Shown here: piece by piece, positions 56,178 to 64,000 of the stretch
How the letters are laid out: each line of letters starts with the position of its first letter
Position numbering within the stretch: the stretch's first letter is position 1
NCBI GenBank assembly: GCA_977862235.1
Contig: OZ374564.1
Span: 2,108,001-2,172,000, forward strand
Direction: 5' to 3'
From: Dudresnaya verticillata
Lineage: Eukaryota
Length of the DNA stretch: 64,000 bases
Translations under genes and position numbers: made by a program
The notes under the pieces: generated by a model
Databases searched by the model: none
Told to the model about the DNA's origin: nothing
Seen by the model: the letters and a program-made list of their open reading frames with translations, nothing else

Positions 56178-59107
56178 ATGCCACCGAAGAAGAAGGGAGT
56201 GGCGGTGAAGTCTGTATCCAACACAGGACAGACCTCATCAGACGTAAGAGCGCCTGTATCATCTGGGAATGATAGATTTCTGTTCAGAGATGTCGTTAAT
56301 GGAGCTACGCACAAGCGAGTCGACCCTCGTTCATGTGTCCCCTTGACCTACGTCCGCCCGATCTGCAGATCGGGCGTCGAGCGATTGAAGCGCATTTTCC
56401 GGGGGACCGACCGGTACAGTTCAGGGACATTGAAGTCTCCCGTGGAAGGAGCTCCGGACTCTATCGGTTACGTGGCTGGTAGTGATATGCCTGTCGTTTT
56501 GCCATTTACAGGGGCATTGAGAAGCCGTGTGTCCGATTATTTCAGGTCACAAACAAGGAAGGAGTGCACGCGTCGTTCCGAGAAAGAAGTTCAGGACATT
56601 GTGAAATCGAGGGGGAAATGGTACGGAGTAGTTGATGGCATGCATAGATTGGCAGCTATTCGTGAGCTGCTTGAAGAAAACTACAACCAGTGGAAAACCT
56701 TTGACTGGCCTGTGCTGGAGCTGAACCCGCGGACCGACCTGGTGGTCCTGAAGCAATTCGCTAGACATCAGAATCGTAAGCACGAGGCAACTGCTTCGTG
56801 GAAACTACCCTGTATAACACATTGAAGGGTCTGAAAGATGAGGCTGTTCGCCTTCAAGCGGAGGGAAATGGTATCAAGCCGACAGCAAAAGCGGTTGCGT
56901 CCGCCTACGATGGGGGTGTTCATATGCACGAGAACACAGTGAGGCAGACAGCGCAAGTAGCTCTCCGACTAAGTCATCGTGTCATCGATGCGATAGGGGA
57001 GATAATGGGGGAAGAAATACCGCAGCTTGCATTGGCTTCACGAAATGGAAGAACTGCTAAATCAGTAGCAGACGATGCCCTGATGTCGTCGATGGACTGC
57101 CGGGTTTTCCGGAAGTTTATTACTCTGAACTCACTGAAGGCTGCCACAGAGTTCATGCGCGCGGGCCAAATGAGTGGCGTGGTACATGATGAGGGTGTGG
57201 AAGTCCAGGTCTCGACACTCTACCGCATTCGAGAAGTATGCAGGAGGAACGGGTTCAGGCCCGTTCTTTACGGGGTCACAAAAGCAGAGTTCGGGAAGGC
57301 TAAAGATGCGCTAGCAGAGGTTCGCAAATTCGAAGGCCTTCGTGAATATGAGGACTGGCCGGGTCCCATGGACACGATGCTGACAAATCTTCTGCCATCC
57401 CAAAAGGTTGATGGCGATATCATGCTTAACAGGGGCAACGACACATTGATTTTGCAATGCATCCTGGATATGTACAAGGACTGTTGTCCAGAAGAAGCAC
57501 CCCTGAAGATTCAAAAGTACCATTCTGTTAGAGATAGGAACAGAAAGGAGTGCGATGAAGAGAATAATTTAGACCGGGAGTGTGTGAATGAGATTACGAC
57601 TGGAGTGCAAGATTCAGGGGGGGTCAATTCCGATCAGGTAACAGCTGCTACAAACAAGGACCATCCCTCTGACGGACAGATCGAACACGATGACGTTCCC
57701 TCTCCTTCTGTGAACGTAGATTCGTTACCTTACAGTCGAGACCTCGGTTCTACCGGAGACCATCACAATCATGATGCAGAAGATGTGCAGGGATCGGCTG
57801 TAAAATCTACTGTGACGGTGAGCACGGAAAACCGGAGAGGCTGGCTGTACGTGGGGACAAGAACGGACCTGACGACCATTTGTAAGCTGATATCTTGAAG
57901 TCGTACAGAATAACCTGCCATCAGATGCGGTGGCAGGTATACAATAAGAATATTCGCGAGGGTGTTGGTGACCTATACGACATAGTTCTTACCGACACAC
58001 CGTATGGAACGCCTGCATCACAGTCTGGTACAGGGAAACAGTACGACAACTATATGAGTGATTCTGAAATATCCGAGCTTGCAGAAATGTGCAGGGAATC
58101 CGTTGTACCGGGAGGGTGCGTGTTCATGTTCGTGTCCTACCAGACATTCGAACCGATAAGGCAGGCTCTTCTGAAGGCCGGATTCACTTGCCCAACGTAC
58201 GCCTTTTCGATTGCAAAGGATACACGCACGGTGCAGGAGAGGCGAGGAAATGACTGTCCCCAAAATGGCCACGAAATTGCCGTCATGGGAAGAGCCCCAG
58301 GACAACACCCCAACGGATTTAAAGTGGATCTTCGAAGCCCATATCAATTAGTGAAGGCTTCGGAAAAGAGGAAGTTTGCGGGCATGTCTCAAATTCCCGT
58401 TTCTAAGAAGAAGCTCCTTAAACCGGGTACAAAATCCCCGGTGCTTACTGAGGAGAAGAATGTTCAGCTGTTGGTGGAATTGTTGACGACCTTCTGCCCT
58501 GAGGGGGGCCATTTTTGACATGTATGCTGGAACGATGACAGCTGCAATTGCAGCCGTGCAGACGGGTAGGAAATGCACCTGTATAGAGCAGAGCCTACAT
58601 ACATACAGGTTTGCAGTTGCACGCCTGAAAAGGATAGCAAGTGATCATCGCAAGTTGTCGGAAGGAATGGAAGGAACACCACTGTGCCATGGTACAGCGG
58701 AAGAGGCCCTGGGAGAAGACTAGGGAGTGGATGTGGAAAACCCGCAACAGAAACTGCTCAGGAATGAGGCGAAGAAAAATTCGGATTGTATTACAGGCGG
58801 CGATGCAGTTGTTCTGTACGTTGGGAAGAACGCTGTTGGGAAGGCAAAAGTCCAATTCGGGGCAAGTTCTGATGAAAACGTTCGCAAGCATATTCATCTG
58901 AAACCCCTGTCGGAATACGAAAAGCCAGGACAGGAACTCATTGCGGTGTACGCCTTCGAATGTGATTCATCCTTTACCACCTCGGCATATCCGTATAACT
59001 TTCATGTCCCGAACGGCCGCCCTTCCACGATTCTAAGTGAGCTAGACGGCTTTTTTGCATGGGATATCCATGCGATGAAAGCCCAGGAGCGGTGCGACCA
59101 GAAATGA
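56178..59107 (+). pseudogene. ParB/Srx-like domain fused to a beta-class N6-adenine/N4-cytosine DNA methyltransferase (disrupted)
   Basis: MPPKKK start; VRPICRSGVERLK and WYGVVDGMHRLAAIREL (ParB-like); YDIVLTDTPYG (motif IV, 57994-58005); EEKNVQLLVELLTTFCPEGG/IFDMYAGTMTAAIAAVQTGRKCTCIE (motifs X-I-II). Five consecutive ORFs join via 3 frameshifts (~56790, ~57830, ~58510) and 2 stops (~57884, 58721). Confidence 0.85.
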
Positions 59108-62100
59108 GGGTAAAGCAGAGTTGAGCATAATAATCGTTCGCTTCACTAGTTTCCTACGCCATAGCGCAATATCGTAAGCCATGATCACATGCTACTCCTC
59201 GCAGGAGAGCATGTACTGCCACCGACAGCGCTATCCCGGTAGAAGTCTACAGCGCAAAAGTTGCATCATCGCTCGGTCCCATTTCCGCAGCAGCTTCTCT
59301 TTCACAATGTCGGATCTGCATAGTTCCATCGAATTATAGCTCTTGCAGAGCATGGGATGAATGTAGAGCGGCATGGAAGATCTGCCAACAAGCACCTAGA
59401 GGAATGATGCATCCAAGGCCCCGGTAGAGTAGTAGTAGCGTGACGGGTCGGGTCACAGCACTGTGAGAATATCGAGAGCTTCGATTTGCAGGTAGGTGCA
59501 CTCGAGCAACACACTTGCGTCTCATCGCGGGACGAGTGCCCGCAGTTCCGAGATTACTGCAATCGCGTGAAAACCTATCCAATATTATGGAGAATGACCA
59601 ACAGCTTTTCGGAAAGCCGCGCGTAAATTTCTATTAAACAGCACATACACTGTACGAGATCTGAAAACCTATGATAGGTTTTCCGAAACGAAAGTACTCA
59701 TGTGCTGTTTAATAGCTATTTAAATCTCACTGGTCGAAAAGCTGTTATAGGTTTTGCGATTGCCTCGGGCCAAACACCTTTTTGATAGAAACTACGTTTG
59801 TTCGACCCCAGGACCTATTCCATATTATGGAGAATGCAAGATAGCTTTTCAGGTCGTGCGGCATAACTCTCCAGGAATTTTTCCACGAGATTTATCGCTG
59901 ATTCCCTTCTCGGACTTTTCTTTTGGAACACCTGGGTCCCTCCACCAGTCCGGTTGCCGGCCAGCGCCCTCCCAAATGCAATCGCAACCGACCCGCCGCG
60001 TTTTGCTACAACCCCCTCCTGCCCGCCCCCCGCGACTGGCGCCAGGTCGCACCCCACCGCACCCCACCGACCCGCACAACTACTGTGCTTCCCGTCGCAC
60101 TGCCGCACCACGCCGCTGGAGCTATTTTCGGGCCTTTTTATGCGTTGCGTGCAGTCCAGATGGAAAGAATATCGCCACGGGCGGTGAAGATGATCTGGTT
60201 TCGATCTGGTGCCCTTCAGAGGAGCGGCTGGTTGCGTGGTTAGAGAAGCATACGTCTTGGTTCAGTGCAGTGGCGTGGGACTCATCTCTAAGTGCACCCG
60301 ACCGGTATCGCATCGGCAGCGCAGGGCAAGATGCGAAGCGGTTGCCGTGAGATTTCGCGTTGGATGTGTTGTATCACATATCTCCGCAATGAAGACTTGG
60401 CACTGGTGTGGTAGGGTTGCGTAGCTACGTACGTGATGTGAACAACGCGCCCAGCGCTGCGACCTCCTCTGGCGGCAGTACGAATGGTCCTGTTGGGAAT
60501 GGCTCGGCGTCTGGGCAGCAAACAGTGGAGCGCAAGGCGAGCAATCTTTCTCGGCTGCGTAGAAATAGCGAGTTTTATCAGTGCGACTTTGACATCGCTG
60601 ACAAATACCCCTCCATGGTCCCGGATGCAGAAGTGCTCGTTGTGATGATACAGATGTTTGACACACTTGCTAGTCAGGGCAAGTTCCACGCGAAGCTTCT
60701 CTAGAGCACCAGGAGCTACAACATCAAGGTCAGCAACATGGTCATCATGGATGCCATCTTCCGCGTGTGTGGCCTACCGGACGAAAAGCTTCGGACCATC
60801 TGCTCTGCGGTCGACAAGCTTGACAAAGAGAGCTGGGAGAATTTCAAGGAGATGGCTGTGTACAAGGGACTGGATGAAGCCGCCGCCGACAAGATTGAAA
60901 CGTTTGTTAAGCTGAACGGCGACTCGTTGGAAATCTTAACGAAGTTGCGCGAACAAGCGGGATTGGCGAAGCTTTTCAACTTGGTGGCATGCATGCGCGA
61001 GGGGCAACCGCAGTGGCTTTCGTTTGATTTTCCGCTCGCTCGTGGGCTCGATTACTACACTGGCGTCATTTTCGAGGCGATCTTGGTCGACAAGAAAACG
61101 AAATTGGGTTCCATTGGCGCTGGGGATCGCTATGAAAATTTGGTGGGCGTGTTTCGAAAGTCGAGTATACTGTGTGTTGGGTACTCTCTAGGTATTGAAA
61201 TAATTATGAATCTGATGGTCCAGGCTGCGCAGAAACAGGCGGCAGCGGAGTCGGTTGACGGGAAGGGAAAGGTGTGCGACGACGATGCATGTGCTTGTTG
61301 CGACGACCGGAAAAGGAAATATGAAGCTCAGACTGCGGCTTTGCGCAGAACTTTGGCGTGCCGATTTCCACGGCGTTTCGCTTCAAAGAGAACTGGAACA
61401 TGGGAAAGAAGGTGACGCAGGCCATTACCCAAGGCATTACCCTCATAGTAGTTATCGGAGAGGACGAGATTGCACAAGGTGTAGCAAAACTTAAAGTGCT
61501 GACGACAAAGGCCGAGCAGACCATCCCAAGGGGAATACGGCCCTGTGTTTGTGCCCTTTTTCGAGAGGAGTGATCATCGTTCATGGTCGTCGTCGATGTT
61601 CTTTGAATGGACGGCATCCCGAATTTCTGTTCAATGCCAGCTTCGTCTTCTTCGTGGGCCCAGTTCGGTTCTGACTCTCCATGTCCAATGTTTGTGGTCA
61701 AGCACGATCAGCGATGTTGAACCCACAAGCCAAGCAAACCGGGAGGAAGTGAGTTGGTGTCAGATATATGTAAGTTGCAGTATTGGCTTGAAGTTTTCGA
61801 ATTTCTGATGGACTCATCTTCGTCATCTTAATCTAGGAGAACCAGTTCAATCACTTTCCAACCCATGCGCTGAGCTATTTTGTTTGCTCAGGTCGCGATT
61901 GGGTCGGCTTTGCAGGTGTTCGAAGTGTCCACGCTAGGACAGCCGTATCAAAATATCAAAGCATTAATGGCAGCTCACCGAACAGGTAACCTTAGAGGTG
62001 CTTTGCGCCGTTTATACTCGTCTTGAGGAAGCTCTGCATTATGGCGAGGGCTCATGCCGTGGGCCTGCATAGAGGCAGTAACGAAGGGAAGAGTGCCTCT

Positions 62101-62757
62101 CTTGCGCAGAATGAGATAAAGAATCTCAAACAATAGATGGGAATGGGACCCTTGCGTCTAGTGCCATCGGCGAAATGGGTAGTGGCGTGTGCCAAGGCTA
62201 CTCCACAATGCGGTTCTGTAGGTTCATGAAGACAGTTCAAGTAACAACAAAAGGCGTTGGCGGTGCTCAGAAGAGCTGCTTAGCTGTGGCTATTGAAATC
62301 TTGCGAAGGGAAGGAATCCTCGGTATGTACAAAGGCGTCAATGCTGTAGCGTTGCGGCAAGCAACGAATTGGGGATCTCACTTTCGGTTCTGCAGAGTTG
62401 TTGAGTCCACCGCAGGAAGGATGGCTTCTTTCGATAGTATCGTAAGGTATCATACTTTTCAATCACTGGCAGACTCACCTCTGGGCTCGTTCAACACAAT
62501 GCGAGAGAGAATTTTCTCAGCCTCATTGCACTCTTGCAACTCCCGTGGCGTGTCGGGAAAGCTCCGAGTACGGAAATCTGCAGTTAGAAGAACGGGGCGC
62601 CGGCTTTGGTGAGCAAAGAAAGGCGGACGCGGTGTGTTACACGGGCCCAGTTGAAAGGCAACCTAGATGGCGCAGGAAACGGCTCGGGTCGTGACGTGCG
62701 CTCAGAAATATTTACTAATCGCGGCTACAGTGCCATGGAGGTTCCGGAACAGGCCTT

Positions 62758-63027
62758 CTAGGATTCGGAGCGGGAGGATCGTGGGCTGGATTGGGCCTCC
62801 ACGGATGTAATCACAGTTTCCAGGGCAAACAAAGCCTGCGATAAGGCCAATGTGACACTTCGATGAACTCGACGAAACATACTGCCAACCATGCGCAGAG
62901 CTGCTCTCTGCAGAGGGGCAACCAGCTGACGTAGCTCATCCTGAGCGCTCCTAAGTTGCTGTAATTCTTCTTCAAGCTCAACGAGTTGCGCTTCGACATC
63001 TTCGAGACTGATGTCTTCCGTTTGCAT
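62758..63027 (-). CDS. Small hypothetical coiled-coil ORF
   Basis: LEDVEAQLVELEEELQQLRSAQDELRQL heptads; tandem with 63054-63299. Confidence 0.4.
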   Translation of the reverse strand: MQTEDISLEDVEAQLVELEEELQQLRSAQDELRQLVAPLQRAALRMVGSMFRRVHRSVTLALSQALFALETVITSVEAQSSPRSSRSES

Positions 63028-63053
63028 CAGGCTTGTTCCGTGACTTCAGACTC

Positions 63054-63299
63054 CTAGTTTCTGCGGGCAAGGTGGCGCTGCAAAGCCGCGATATGTACCC
63101 TGGCTTCTGTAAGTTTCTCCAGGATGAAGACAAGCAGACGGTTGATTTGACACACAACTGGCCACCCTAGTCGCTGAAGCTCACGCGACAAGTACGATAC
63201 CGTCACCCGAATGGTCCTGTTCTCCCCCTGCAGTGTAGCTATTCTCTCCTGAGCGGAATGCAGCCTCCCTTCTCTTGTCTCTTGATACATGTTGTGCAT
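63054..63299 (-). CDS. Small hypothetical coiled-coil ORF
   Basis: LHSAQERIATLQGENRTIRVTVSYLSRELQRL heptads. Confidence 0.35.
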   Translation of the reverse strand: MHNMYQETREGRLHSAQERIATLQGENRTIRVTVSYLSRELQRLGWPVVCQINRLLVFILEKLTEARVHIAALQRHLARRN

Positions 63300-64000
63300 A
63301 AGGTAGAGTCTGGAACGTTTGTCTCACGGCGAACTTCAAATTTTCAGACTGGTACTTGATGCACAGGTTGGTGCATGTTCGCAAACTGATGAAAAGCCAG
63401 CTGTAGCCCACGGCAGCTCATTGTATTGCGTGGAATCTGTGACTTGTCCTTCTTCTGCAAGAAAACTTACGGGGTATCGATACGTAAACATCAACGCAGC
63501 CGGCAGCCGGGGTCGTACTTCTCAGTCACTCTCGATGCTATTTCTTATCCTTGACGCCCATCAATACTACCCGCTTGTGGTCGCATGGCGGAATAGAGCA
63601 GTCTGCAGGGCGTACCCTTGCAATACCGAGTACTGCTTCTTGATTGACGGGGACTCGAGATTCACGACTTGTCCGTTCTGATTGGTAATATGGCACGCTC
63701 GTCTCTCGAATCAGACTGTTTTGTTCGCACTGGTGCTGTAGTGTATGGCGGAATGGAGTGGTGCATACAGAGCGAGAGGGAAGCCCTTCCAATACCAGTC
63801 GTTTTAACTGCGATCCGTAGCAACTCTGGGCATGCGCAAGCCTGTCATGCAGAACGCCCCACCGCCACTGGAACAGTATTATATCGGTGTCGTTTCAGAA
63901 GCGCCCTCGGCCCTCCCGAATATTCCAGCTCTTTCTTCAGAACAAGTAGCGCACAGCTATCGCGCCCTAGCGGGAACATCGATTTTGTTGCTTCACTTCG

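Larger units (their letters stand above)
53335..62641 (+). mobile_element. Cargo block copy B (long form), containing small ORFs, the ParB-MTase gene and the host-fragment cassette
   Basis: Both ends are duplicated in copy A. The true element boundaries probably extend further and were not identified. Confidence 0.65.

Noticed and set aside
56178..59107. Frame breaks in the ParB-MTase gene being introns or programmed frameshifts
   Set aside because: Breaks are consistent with single-base indels and point stops, with no room or clear signals for GT-AG introns; sequencing error cannot be excluded.

Overview
Eukaryotic nuclear DNA with GT-AG introns, microsatellites and retrotransposons. The overall style suggests a red alga, but that is inference. 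1-28.2 kb is a gene region. It holds two paralogous membrane-anchored S1 serine proteases with the same intron, flanking a divergent E2F/DP-like gene, and a secreted unknown protein. It also holds three tandem multi-TM paralogues with hypervariable Cys-containing loops, a UIM+UBX protein and two paralogous unknown membrane proteins. 29.6-64 kb is a nested mobile-DNA region. A decayed chromodomain-bearing Ty3/Gypsy element lacks its 3' LTR. A 12.9-kb element with ~400-bp hairpin-tipped TIRs appears to have inserted at AA^TT without a target-site duplication. A cargo block is present twice (47230-50815 and 53335-62641) and carries fused host-gene fragments (WD40/CreC-like, His-tRNA synthetase, YHM2-like carrier). 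The longer copy also carries a disrupted ~2.9-kb gene fusing a ParB/Srx-like domain to a prokaryote-type beta-class amino-DNA methyltransferase, which is the most unusual system in the window. All assignments come from motif recognition by eye; no searches were run.
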